From contig OZ024743.1 of the NCBI GenBank assembly GCA_964016885.1, forward strand, positions 298,592,001 to 298,656,000: DNA of 64,000 nucleotides. The letters are read 5' to 3'. Source of the stretch: Eledone cirrhosa (Eukaryota). The notes below the pieces were generated by a model. That model made no database searches. It saw only the letters and a program-made list of their open reading frames with translations, and was not told the origin of the DNA. Positions 14,923-27,176 of the stretch are shown in pieces. The translations under genes were made by a program, and so were the position numbers. How positions within the stretch are numbered: position 1 is the first letter of the stretch; every line of letters begins with the position of its first letter.

Positions 14923-14930
14923 ATATCTAT
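13408..14930 (+). mobile_element. 5'-truncated L1/Tx1-clade LINE (ORF2 C-terminus, 3'UTR, (TATC)n tail)
   Basis: ORF 13392-14627 aligns to the C-terminal part of ORF2 at 19.3-20.5 kb (GGLG motif, zinc finger CPRC..EETVAHALVHC); 3'UTR with AATAAA followed by (TATC)n. Confidence 0.93.
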
Positions 14931-15167
14931 CTATAATAATCTAGCTGTCGTCTGTTCTACAGTGTGGATGTCATTCACTTCGCACAGAAGTTTTGTTCAA
15001 ATTTATTGAGGAAATTTTGTGAGTTCAAACTTAATTTTGATACAATTGTGTAGCTTGACCCTCCGTCTGAACTGTCAGGCGGTGGGTCAGCTCATCTTTA
15101 CCCCTCCTAGAGGTGAAAAACCTGTTTTAAAAAATTTTGTGTAAAAAATTTCAATCGTCTAACAGAA

Positions 15168-17046
15168 ATGTTAAACGCAGCGAACGAAAATAGTGGTGGG
15201 AGGACAGCGGTAAGAGTTGTAAGCTCGCACGCTTTAGTCCTCCCTTCCTTCCCAACTAACGTCATAGAGAAGGAAGGAAAAATGAAAATAAAAACGGACG
15301 AATCTGCGGAGAAAAAATTAAATGACGAAAACAACGAAAAAAAAAAAATTTGAAAAATTGCATGACAATACTAATAACACAAACAAAGACACAACAAACA
15401 AAAAAATAACAGTTGAAAATAACATCATATCAGAAAACAAAGCAGACGACAAGATTTCTTTTGCACAGAAAACAAAGAAATCTTTGACTTATATAGCGGA
15501 AAACATTTCAGATGTGGTACGAAGGATCACGGACGCAAAACAATACATAAGTGAAGGTGAGAATGGTATTTTATTGGTAAAAATGCCTCAAGAATTCACG
15601 AAAGACATTGAAAGCCGAACGGTCAAGTTTCGGACCATCAACAACAGTACAAAAAAACCTGAACAGCCTTCTCAAGCAGATATCAAAACAGTACTCGCAG
15701 AAGTACTGAATGAAACAACTTTCATAAGAAAAGACAGACTGTATGGAAGCCTAGCAATTATCATGAAGAACGAATCGGCGGCAAAAAAATGTGCTTTGTC
15801 ACCGATTCGTTCGAAAAATTTCACCTTTTATCCATCTTATATGGGAAAAAAAACTCAACGCATATGGCTGGATGCAATGATGCCAGATGTGGACTACTGC
15901 TGGCTCATAGCTGGCTTCATCGATCCAGTGAATGACAACGTGATTTCCATTGGGAAAACCACAGGCAATGCGTTCAGTGGAACAGGTATAGAGCTGGTAG
16001 TACAAATGAAGCCTGAACGTATCGCCCAAATACCCGACAGAATCCTATTAGAGGACCACGGGTATATAAACATTAGCGTGGAGGGGAGAAGGCCGTCCTG
16101 CCATATCTGTGCAGGCAGAGGGCACCTGAAGGCCGCTTGTCCACAACTCAACAAAAAGAAAACTCTGCTACCAACACCAGCTCCACCACCACCACCACAA
16201 CAGATAAACAAACAACAAAACTCAGTCCCACCCAACCCGTCCCTCAGTAACACCACAACACCACCACAACACAAACAGTCACAACACATTACCCCAAAAC
16301 AAAATACAGGCCCACCCAACCTCTCACTCAATAAAACAACACAACCACCGCAGACACAACACACAACACAGTCTAACATAGTGACATCCATCTCCCCCAC
16401 AAAGAAAACCAACACGGAAACATTACCAGCAAACATACCTCTTCCCTCCAACACTGAAGATAACCCAACGAATTCGGAGGAAGAAACGGAGTCCTTCAGA
16501 CAGATTAAAAGGAAAAAAAGAAAACATGTGCAAAACACACAAGGACAAACAACCCCCACCCAAATCGCAACACAATCTAACAAAACAGAAAACACCCCTC
16601 CAGCAACAAACAAAACCAAACCTGCCCCTCCCCTCTTCGAAACACTCACACCATCGGAAAAAAAGACATTACACTATACTTACATCAACAGAAACAATAA
16701 TAAATTAAATGAACTCATATACAATAATCCTTCGGTACAAACCGAAGGTGTAAACTTTGTTTCATCAGAAAACCACCCACATTTAAAACTAATAAAAATC
16801 CCAATGAACCTCTACCAAAAACTAAAAAAGGATTTTAAGGAGGACGTAGGACCACCCTCTGTCAAACCCATAAACCGCGTCCTACTAAAAAGCTTTCCCC
16901 CTCCCCTTCCCCTCCCCAACACAACTCCAAACACCCCAACCCCACCACACACCGACGACCCCACACCACCACAAGACACCCCTTCACCCAACACCCCCGA
17001 CCCCATGGAAGTCGTGCAACCCGAACCCCGGGAAGCGGAAAGGTAG
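15168..17046 (+). CDS. LINE ORF1 (gag-like nucleic-acid-binding protein with zinc knuckle); probable frameshift in A12 run at 15337-15348
   Basis: ORF 15322-17046 contains CHICAGRGHLKAAC (CX2CX4HX4C) and a Pro/Thr-rich tail; upstream ORF 15168-15353 joins it in frame if one A is removed. Confidence 0.85.
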
Positions 17047-17079
17047 GTCTCTACACTCTCCTTTGGCTCTGCCGCCCAC

Positions 17080-20000
17080 ATGGATGTGTTAAGAGTAGGA
17101 TGTTTGAATGCACGTGGCCTGGGCTCAACTTGGAAGCAAGCAAAGCTTCTAAATGACCTCAGGTCATGTAGTATAAATGTAATGGTTATCTGTGAGACTC
17201 GAATCAGCGTCATGCGGCAGCTGGCCCCCACCTTCGATGACTTTGAGGTGCATGCATCTCTCTGTCAACCTGGAGGTGGGGGTGGGGTTGTCGTGCTGCT
17301 GCAAAAACACCTGGGTCTTGCCGTACAGGTTGTGCACTCGGACCCGGAGGGTCGTTTGTTGGTGCTAGACGTTGGCAGTAGTGAAAGTGCGGCCTTGAGA
17401 CTGGTCGCCGTCTACTCCCCTTTCGGAGCTGAACGGCCCGACTTCTTCCAGCGTTTGGAGACTTTTCTGGGAACGTCGCGTTCCCTGCTTCTAGCGGGGG
17501 ATTGGAATGACATCCTGGATGCACGTTGGGACTATGCAGGAGCATGTCCTAATAGAGGGGGGTGTAACAGCCTCAAGGGGTTACTCGACCGTTTTAACTT
17601 GGTCGATAGATATCGACTAGATTTTCCAACTGTGCCTACCTGGACTTGGAGAAACCACAGTGGTCAATCTAGATCGTACTTAGATAGATTCTTAGTTAGA
17701 AGTAAGGATAGGGACATATTAAGCTGTCCAGAAATGCGCACGGTTGGCTACACGGATCACAAATTAGTGACCTGCGTGGTCAATCTCGAGAAAACACATA
17801 GACAGGGTCCCGGTTACTGGAAACTTAATTTGTCTTTACCGGCAAAAGAGACTTACAGAAACCGGATTAGCAGATTAGTTAAGGAGAGGTTGACGGGTGC
17901 AATCGTCAACAACCGATGGTGGGCATCTCTCAAAAGAGAGATTAGAACAGAATCAATAAGTTATAGCAAGATGTTAGCTGCCAATAGGAATAGAAACGAG
18001 AAAGAATTAACAGGTAAATTAGAAGAGGCAATCAAGAGCGAAGATGTGGCCAGAGTGCTGGCATCGAGGACGGCCTTGAACCAGTTTTTCGATGCAAAGC
18101 ATGAAGGCTGCGTCATTCGAAGTAAAATACGTGCTCTAGGTAATGAGGGGGCCAAAGCCGTTGGATGGGCCCGCGTGACAGAAGCTAAAAGTGGAAATCG
18201 ATCCACCATCCGGTCGTTGCAAGACGAAGATGGACGAGTGATCCGGGAGCCTAAGCAGATGTGCGAGGCCTTTCAAAAGCACTTTGCCCGATTGTTCGGG
18301 GGAGGCGAGGGTCCGGGCCGGGGCGTGGATTTCGGTCCATACCTCGACGGCCTGCCGCGTCTCTCGAACAAAGAGGCAGAGTCCTGCGAGGGACCAATCT
18401 CGGCTGATGAGATCGGAGATGCGCTGAGCCAATGCAGCAGACGCAAATCTCCAGGTCTCGATGGTATACCTTACGAACTTTATTTAGCAATGCCGGTCTT
18501 CTTCTCCGAACTCCTCGAAGCGGTCTACTGCAATTGGCAGCAGAACGGGAGAATTCCTTGTTCTGTAGCCAAGGGCGTAGTCACGCTGGTGAGGAAGGAC
18601 GAGAACAAGGGGGATAGTATAAATAATTTTCGGCCCATAACCCTGCTAAACACAGAGTTAAAGATTTTGGCCAAGGTGTTAGCAAAGAGGTTGGCGCTTG
18701 TCGTGGGTGGCCTGGTGGGAGATGCGCAGACATGTGCTATCCCATCCAGGTCCATTCACGATAACCTCCACCTCATGCGATACATCATAGAGAGGGTTGG
18801 CAACAAACCCGGCTTCGGTGGGGCCCTGATCAACTTGGATCAGTCTAAGGCCTTCGATAGGGTCGACCATGGTTACCTGGATGCGGTGCTAGCGGCGGCT
18901 GGGTTCGGTCCTGTTTTCAGAGGCTGAATCACTGCCCTACATAGCAACCACATCTGTTCTAGGATCAAGGTGAACGGCTACCTTTCGAAGCCGTTCGAAA
19001 TCACACGATCCATTCGACAGGGGTGCCCTCTCTCCTCCCTTCTGTACGTATTGACTCTCGAGCCTTTACTGAGGAAGTTGGAGTTGTTGCAGGGTATCCC
19101 CCTGGAACCAGGATTGAGCAAAGCGGTGTCGGCCTACGCCGATGACGTAACAGTAATGGTATCAACCGACTCGGAGATCGAGGCGATCGGTACCTTACTG
19201 GAGGAGTACGAAAGGTTGTCAGGAGCGAAACTGAACCGGGAAAAATCCATCGGGCTGCAACTCGGAACGTGGAGAGGCAAACCGATGCCTCCTGACGGTG
19301 TCGTCGGACACTGGACGGAGGGCCCGGTAAAGTTGCTTGGGGTCTGGTTTGGACCGGACCTCCAGGTGGAAAAGAACTGGAACGAGGTTACGAACAAGGT
19401 GTTTGCACTAACCCAGAAATGGGCCAAGTGTAAGCTGTCCCTAAAAGGCCGGGCGGAGGTGGCGAACATTTACATAGCGTCCGTCACTTACTACCGCCTG
19501 ACTGTCGTGCCTTGCCCTAAGGAAACACTCACCACCATGGAACGCATGCTCTTCCAATTTCTTTGGAAGAAGCGTCCTCCTATGGTGAGAAGATCCATCT
19601 GCTGCCAACAACCTTCGAAAGGAGGGCTGGGGATGCCGTGGTTGATGATGCGTAGGCACGCATTAAGGCTACGGCACCTACAGGTATTCCTCACTGGTCA
19701 ACCGGTGTGGGCTCCGTTCGTGAAACGAGCCTTTCCGAGACTCGTCTCACTCACCGAGCTACAGTCCTGGGTCAAGCAAAGATCCGGAAAACTGGGAGAC
19801 TGGCACACTGAGTGTGCTCAGGCGCTCAGGGCTCTCTGGCAAGCGGGCCGGGCCATCGGTGGAGAATCCACCTCATCATTCTATAGAGGGCTGGTGGCTA
19901 GCAGGGGCGATGACACCCTTGGAGAGTCGCTGGACATGGAGGAAGACGAACTGGCCAGCCTGTTCGGTAGGACTTTCGGCCCAGGACCAATGGACAACTT

Positions 20001-20517
20001 CCAGAAGTCACTGGCCTGGCAGTGCTACCGAGGGGCTCTACCCGTTCGAGAGAGGCTCTACAGACACGGGCGCCCGGGCAGGGATCCCTCAAAAAAGATT
20101 TGCCCTAGATGCGTGCGTCACGAAGAAACCGTGGCGCACGCATTGGTGCAATGTCCGGGCGTGGCTGATCTGTGGGGCTACGCCGAACAACTGCTGTCGC
20201 GGGTGGCGCCGATTAAATTGACCGCCGAGTCCGTGATGACAATCAAACCGCCTCCCCTCTTCACAAAGGAAGCAAAGGCGGTTTTTCTGTGCGTAATAGC
20301 CATGTTGAAAGAGGTTGTTTGGTGGACACGATTGAAAGGTCTGAGGTCAGGCAACTTCCTCTCTGGCCATAGTCTGGTCTACTTCTTCCGATATCACTTC
20401 GGAAGAAGGATAAGAATGGAGAGAGAGGTGCTTGGCCACAGGCAGTTTTATGAAAGGTGGGTGATAGTGGCGAGAATGGCTCGTGTAAATGGGCCTTCTC
20501 TGTATACCATCCTGTAG
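17080..20517 (+). pseudogene. LINE ORF2: APE endonuclease + reverse transcriptase + C-terminal zinc finger, one in-frame TGA at 18925-18927
   Basis: APE motifs (LNARGL, CET, GDWN, YLDRF, TDH) and RT motifs (SPGLDG, FRPITLLN, DQSKAFDRV, RQGCPLS, YADD); ORFs 17080-18927 and 18970-20517 are in the same frame. Confidence 0.95.
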
Positions 20518-20839
20518 GTAAAGAAGTAAAGGAGAGGGGAGCACCTTCTCCATGTGCTCCCCGGGCAAAGGATTGCACACTTTTTCGGGGGTGTGTGCAA
20601 CCCCCATCACGTCCCCTCCCTTTTGAGGTTATTTTCGATTATTTTCATGTTACACCCTTTTTACTCGATTATATGTAAACTCCCCCTTTGTATTTGTCCC
20701 TTCTTTTTATGCCTTTATGGTAAATAAAGAAATCTATCTATATATCTATCTATCTATCCATCCATCAATCCATCAATCGATCCATCAATCTCTCCCCCAC
20801 CCTCTTATGTTCTCTTTCTCCCATGTTCTCTCTCTTCTC

Positions 20840-20883
<44 letters not shown>

Positions 20884-20947
20884 CAAGGGTGGTGCCCCAG
20901 TATTGCCTCAGCCGGATGGCTGAAACAGGTAAAAGAGTAAAAGAGTA
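20884..20947 (+). mobile_element. Short LINE/SINE 3'-end fragment
   Basis: CAAGGGTGGTGCCCCAG..GAAACAGGTAAAAGAGTAAAAGAG resembles the 3' end of the LINE at 30256-30312. Confidence 0.6.
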
Positions 20948-22463
20948 TATAAATATATATATATTCCTGAGATAAAAAGCAATAAATTAACTAAAATAAA
21001 ATACCACCAAATAAAATACTATAGCCAGGCATCAGGTAAACAGACTTTTATTGTTAGAATATGAGGAATAGATTGCAAGTGAGAATATTAACCAACGGAC
21101 TTGAGAAATTCTCCTATATAAGAAATCAATATATATGATGAACGCCTCAGAGCAAGAGGTGAGCTGCCATTAGGGATCACATATTTTCAGTATCTAAATT
21201 TTATGAGAACACACCTTACAGATAAAATAGAAGCGAAATATTGATAATGTTAACTGACTGCTTCATTTGATCGGCTTCCTGAATATCATATGTCCGATCA
21301 AGAAGCGCTGACCATATCTGCTTTATCAACAATAACAATAACAACAACTGTAACATTCTCACTTATCCAGATACCCAGTCATATCAGCATAATGACATCA
21401 ACTCTATATATCAACCACCCAGAAAGTTGGCTTCATATAAATAGGCTAAAAGTAGCATTTATCAAATCCACCATCTTTCCTATTGCCACCTACATCAATA
21501 AATATGAAACACCCAACCAACACACTCAACAACATAAACATATACACATGGTAGACAACTATATTAGGAATTACAACACATTTAAAGTATTCACAGCTGC
21601 ACACATAGAAAACATAGTAGTAAAAACAAAACAACGCACAAATTTGATAGTACAAACAAATAGCAAATTGGACATCATAAACAAATATTAACATTAGTGT
21701 ACGAATAATAATACTGGGGAACATGGTGTTTGCTGTCTGGTGTTAGAGACAAGTTTTCTAGTAATTTTGGGGCGCTGATTTCAAAACTGAAAATCCATTT
21801 TGCTCTATCATGCCAAGGTTTTCAAATATCCATTTTTCAACATTTCTGGTATTGTCACCATTTCTAAGAATAGATCTTCGTTCATCAAATGCAGACCCAT
21901 GTATGGAGCTAGTCATAATTTTGAAAACATAGTTTTTCAATGTCATTTAAAGTAAATGTAACTACAAAAGTAAAAACAAAAGTCATGATTTAAATATCTT
22001 CAGTATATAAAGAAACATTCACTATTTTTAATCTAACAAATTGTAAATGCCATTATGGTGAAATAAATGTCTTTTATACTGTTATGATAGATGTGGATAA
22101 TCCTAAGTCTACAATCTATTCACAACAAATAACAACAATAGCACACCTTTCACAATCACACCTGTATAAAGAGCACATCTATATTCTAATTACACAACGA
22201 AACACAAATATTCGAAATACCACCTGGACAGATGAAAAGGACACAGTAAGTCCCAAATTATGTACACTTTAGAATTCAACTGGGCCACTTCAAGCCAATA
22301 AGGCAGCCTCTACCAGACCACCCAGCATTTTAGAAATAGCAGCCAAAGTCTCTCAAGTCGCATCTGTTGTCTTAAAAAGGAAGAAAGGACACACTGAATA
22401 ATGTACAGAAAGATGTTGTTGTCACATTTATAGATCTTTGTCGACTAAATAGTAATAGAAACT

Positions 22464-22495
22464 GCATCATCATCATCATCATCACCATTATCATT

Positions 22496-22547
<52 letters not shown>

Positions 22548-22664
22548 CCATCCTCATCACCACCATCATCACCATCATTATCATCCTCAACATCCTCATC
22601 ACCACCATCATCACCATCATCGTCGTCATTATTATCATCATCGTCGTCGTTGTCGTCGTCGTCG

Positions 22665-22695
<31 letters not shown>

Positions 22696-22915
22696 CATCA
22701 TCATCATCAACATCATCATCATCATAACCACCATCCACATCCTCCTCCTCATCATCATCATCTTCATCAGCTCCATCAACATCACCATCATCGTCGTCAT
22801 TATTATCATCATCGTCGTAGTCGTCGTCGTCGTTGTCGTCGCCGTCATCGTCGTCACCATCATCATAATCATCATCATCATCATCATCATCACCCTTATC
22901 TTCCTCATCATCATT

Positions 22916-22946
<31 letters not shown>
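22464..22946. repeat. Degenerate (CAT)n/(CGT)n trinucleotide microsatellite
   Basis: Direct reading; it produces the poly-M and poly-D ORFs. Confidence 0.95.
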
Positions 22947-22947
<1 letters not shown>

Positions 22948-23549
22948 CAAACACTGCACATAATCAATAAATATAGAGAAAAGCAACCGTCACCAAAACT
23001 GAAGCCACATCATACATTTCCATATATCCACCACCAGAACTTGCAGTCATAGTGCTTTATTGAAACAGTAGACAAATCTCCTTCAAAATCACACCATTGC
23101 TTTCTTAAACTGGAAGGACAAATGAAAAATATAATCTGAGAAATACCAGGAATGCATTTGATCATAGGTGTGTTCGATCACATGCGGCTAAACAACAACA
23201 GTGATACTGCGACAAAGAGGGGAGTGAAGATAAAGCCCTCTCAGACCACCATGCAGCACTCTCCTCACGATATACCATTAAATGTTGAAGAGCGCAGTGA
23301 AGTCATCGTATAGTTGGGGGCATAGTGTATCTAGAACATTGGTTCAGTGTATCTACTTGATCTGTGAATCAGGAATAATGGATTTATTGATCGCACATAT
23401 TCGTTCGATTATAGGTTTGTTCGATTAGGGCTGATAAGGTCTAAAAACAATCAATTACAGCAGTAACATCAGTTATCAACTTTATTTTGCAACAATAAAA
23501 CTTTTACTGATGCATTCTCTACCAGTCGCAACAATCAGCATTCAGAGAG

Positions 23550-23700
23550 AAGTATAGACCCAAGTATTAGACTGGTACTTCTTCGACTACTAAAAGACAA
23601 AAGTAGACCTCGGCAGGATTGGAACTCATTAAGCAGAGAGATGGAATACCTGAAGGTATTTTATCTGATGCTCTCACGATTATTCTAATTCACCGCCTTA
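23550..23700 (-). mobile_element. Degenerate tRNA-derived SINE (second family)
   Basis: Reverse strand reads GAGTTCCAATCCTGCCGAGGTCTACTTTTGTC..GTCGAAGAAGTACCAGT, matching the + strand copies at 31755-31835 and 57180-57250. Confidence 0.55.
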
Positions 23701-24559
23701 GAGCTTTATTATAACCGATGACTATCAACAAAAGGCAAACTGCTCTCTATTGATTATAAAAATAAACGACGAGAAAAGAAAACGAAAAAGAATGTGTCAC
23801 GAGATTCTAGAAAGAGCCGTTCCAATAGAAACTGAAAGAAGAAAATAAAGAAAACACAGCATACTGCAAACAAATCGATGGTGTTTGTAGAAAGAATCGA
23901 TTAGAGAGACAAGAAAAACACCAATACTACCAACATCACTAACACCAATATTACCACCAACGCTGCCACCATCACCACTATTCTTACCAAGAACTCTATC
24001 TATAATTACCACATACACTCACAACGCAACTAGGACCGACTTCCACTATCAACGCAAATAATAACAGCAAAGCAACGCTAGTACCAACACCACCAACAAC
24101 AACACCAACACCAACACAAACACCAAAACCACACACAAAAAACATTTCCAAAACCAACACCAATACAAACACCAAGCAACAACATTTAGCGAATGAAGGT
24201 GATCGAGAAAGCGTAAGTTGATAAAGGGAGCTTAGAAAATGAAAGACAAGAAGTGGAATAAAAACAGTAAAAATAACAACCGAGATAGTATGAATATGAA
24301 GAAGCTATCTATTAGACAAAGAAATTTCTCTGAATGACTGTCGCTTTTGAATGGAGTAAGATTTCTCACCTGAAGATGGCCGGGCATAAAAAACAAAGCT
24401 AAAAGCAGTGTTTAGAAAAGGAGGAGCAGAAATAATAGTATAGCTATATATATTGTTGCAGCTTCGAGATAATGTTGTATATCTTTTGAGAATGCATAAA
24501 TAGGTTGATAGGTTGGTAGGTTGCTGGCTAAGACGAAAGGTAATTCGGTTGGCTGGTAG

Positions 24560-24770
24560 ATGTATACCCACGTACACACATGCATACATACACACACGCA
24601 GATACATACATTCATACATATATACATGCATACATACATACATAAATACATACATACATGCATACATATATATATATATACATACATACATACATACACA
24701 CACACACGCAGATACATACATTCATTCATATATGCATGCATACATACATACATAAATACATACATACATG

Positions 24771-24806
<36 letters not shown>

Positions 24807-24887
24807 CATACATACACACACGCAGATACATACGTTCATACATATATGCATACATACATACATGCCTGCATAGATACATACATGCAT

Positions 24888-24926
<39 letters not shown>
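24560..24926. repeat. (TACA)n/(TA)n low-complexity tract with internal ~110-bp duplications
   Basis: CACACGCAGATACATAC recurs near 24593, 24703 and 24817. Confidence 0.9.
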
Positions 24927-24929
<3 letters not shown>

Positions 24930-24999
24930 GGAAAAAATGAAACGAAATTTCATTTCCCACTCTTAGTACGGCTGTTACTTAAATATAAGTATGTAGACG

Positions 25000-25470
25000 T
25001 ACATACATATATGTATACAGACGTACAGTATTATGTATATAGATATACATACATGCACACATATATATATGCACGTATGGATTCACCGAACATTTATTAT
25101 AATGCTCGGTGTGTTTGTAAACAAACATCCCGTATTAAGCCGTAGTGTCCAGCAATGCAAATTGGGCTACTCAGCCGTTAATATGCATAAGGTAAGTATA
25201 TACGTTCAACAATCTGGCAGGAAGGTATCCGTTGCTGATGATAGCTAATAAGCTTGAAACTAGTACAGCGTTCCTTTGTCAATGTTGAACAAACGAGCAA
25301 CGATGGTTGCTGGACAGTACGGCTTAATACGGGATGTTTGTTTACAAACACACCGATAATAATAATAAATGTTCGGTGAATCCATACGTACATATATATA
25401 TGTGTGCATGTATGTATATGTGTATACATACTACTGTACGCCTGTATACATATATGTATGTACGTGTACA
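25000..25470 (+). mobile_element. Non-coding HHR-bearing PLE pLTR-like fragment with inverted duplicated end
   Basis: 25065-25152 is the reverse complement of ~25308-25400; homologous copy at 63303-63660. Confidence 0.7.
25230..25270 (+). ncRNA. Minimal type I hammerhead ribozyme
   Basis: CGTTG CTGATGA T AGCT AATA AGCT T GAAA C TA GTA CAGCG: stem I, core, stem II, palindromic stem III, GUA site. Confidence 0.85.
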
Positions 25471-25555
25471 TACTTATATATATACATACATGCATACATA
25501 CATGTATACATACATTCATAAAATTATACATACATACATGCCTGCATAGATACAA

Positions 25556-25608
<53 letters not shown>

Positions 25609-25845
25609 CATACATAGATGTATACATACATTCATACAAATATGCATACATACATAGATACACACATATACACGCACTCAAACACAAATATATATATAAT
25701 AAAAATCATAGATAGAATGATATACTTTGAAACTTTGCCAGAGGCTCAAAGGTGAGAAGGTTCCTGTTTAATATACTTTTCAAACTGGTTTAAAAAGTGT
25801 ATTAGGCATGAAACACCTCTGACCGATTGTAAATGGTATAGCTTA

Positions 25846-26002
<157 letters not shown>

Positions 26003-26098
26003 GTGGTAGAACACTGGAAGGTAATATCCGTAGTGGTAGAGCACTCAGTCCATGGGAGGAGTTAGGTAGAAGTGGTGAACTAACTGTTGTGTAACCAC

Positions 26099-26164
<66 letters not shown>

Positions 26165-26193
26165 TACTGGTGAACTAACTGTTGTGTAACCAC

Positions 26194-26275
<82 letters not shown>

Positions 26276-26310
26276 GTGGTTACACAACAGTTAGTTCACC
26301 AGTAACATAC

Positions 26311-26843
26311 ATGGTGGCTGCCAACTCATTTTCGAGTACGGCCACTACTTCATATCCATGTAGGAGAACCCCTACCGATGCGCTGAACGAGTGTGACTTT
26401 TTAATCCAGCAAGCGTGACAATTATTGTCACCGGGAGAGATGACTCCTTAGCCTTTGTCAAGGCATAATTCTAGGAGAAAGAAAACTCTGATATAACACC
26501 TGCAACCCTGATGGTATCCAATAATGTTGACTTGTTCTTCTTTTTGGTAAATATCATCTTGGTTAAGAGAGTGTGACTGGCTTTGTGCAGTGCCTTTGCT
26601 CACTATAAAAGCTTCACGGCACAGGCATTGCTTTATATCTGGAGATCTCTCTGCACTTGTCGTCACATGGTACCATGGGCCCAGCACTATATGTCAATAA
26701 TTGTCACAAGTATTGTGCTTGTACCAGAGTTTTCAAGTCGCTGGCTGGACTAAAAAGTCAAACACATTCAGCGCATCGGTAGGTGTTCTCCTACATGGAC
26801 ATAAAGTAGTGGCCGTACTCGAAAACGAGTTGGCAGCCACCAT
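26311..26843. mobile_element. MITE-like element with ~105-bp terminal inverted repeats
   Basis: ATGGTGGCTGCCAACTC..TCCAGCAAGCG (26311-26415) is inverted at 26739-26843; non-coding interior; TA context. Confidence 0.75.
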
Positions 26844-26924
<81 letters not shown>

Positions 26925-27094
26925 AAGAATTTATATCTAGTAACATATATATACATACAAATGCATATCGATGCTAGCAAATATATAGGTTTTTGTCTTA
27001 ATAACATTGTGGTTCAATGCATGGGGTTGCAGAACAATAATATAAGAGACGTAAGATAAGAAAATTATAAAATTAACTTACTTACTAAAATATC

Positions 27095-27176
27095 ACTTCC
27101 AACTAATTAGTTTCTGGAATGGAGTAGATACATCTTCCGAAGAAGGTGTAAAGAAACATCCCGTCATCAGGAAAGT
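27095..27176 (-). ncRNA. Type I hammerhead ribozyme with extended stem II
   Basis: Reverse complement of 27943-28024. Confidence 0.82.

Larger units (their letters stand above)
14940..20760 (+). mobile_element. Near full-length L1/Tx1-clade non-LTR retrotransposon
   Basis: 5'UTR, ORF1 with CCHC knuckle, ORF2 APE-RT-zinc finger, 3'UTR ending AATAAAGAAA(TCTA)n; 5' boundary approximate. Confidence 0.95.

Noticed and set aside
21030-22440. Possible minus-strand host exons (splice-like AG/GT, AATAAA)
   Set aside because: The candidate exon at ~22215-22370 has stops in all three frames and no recognisable protein; cannot be supported without RNA data.
22372-22986. Poly-Asp and poly-Met ORFs
   Set aside because: Translations of a (CAT)n microsatellite.
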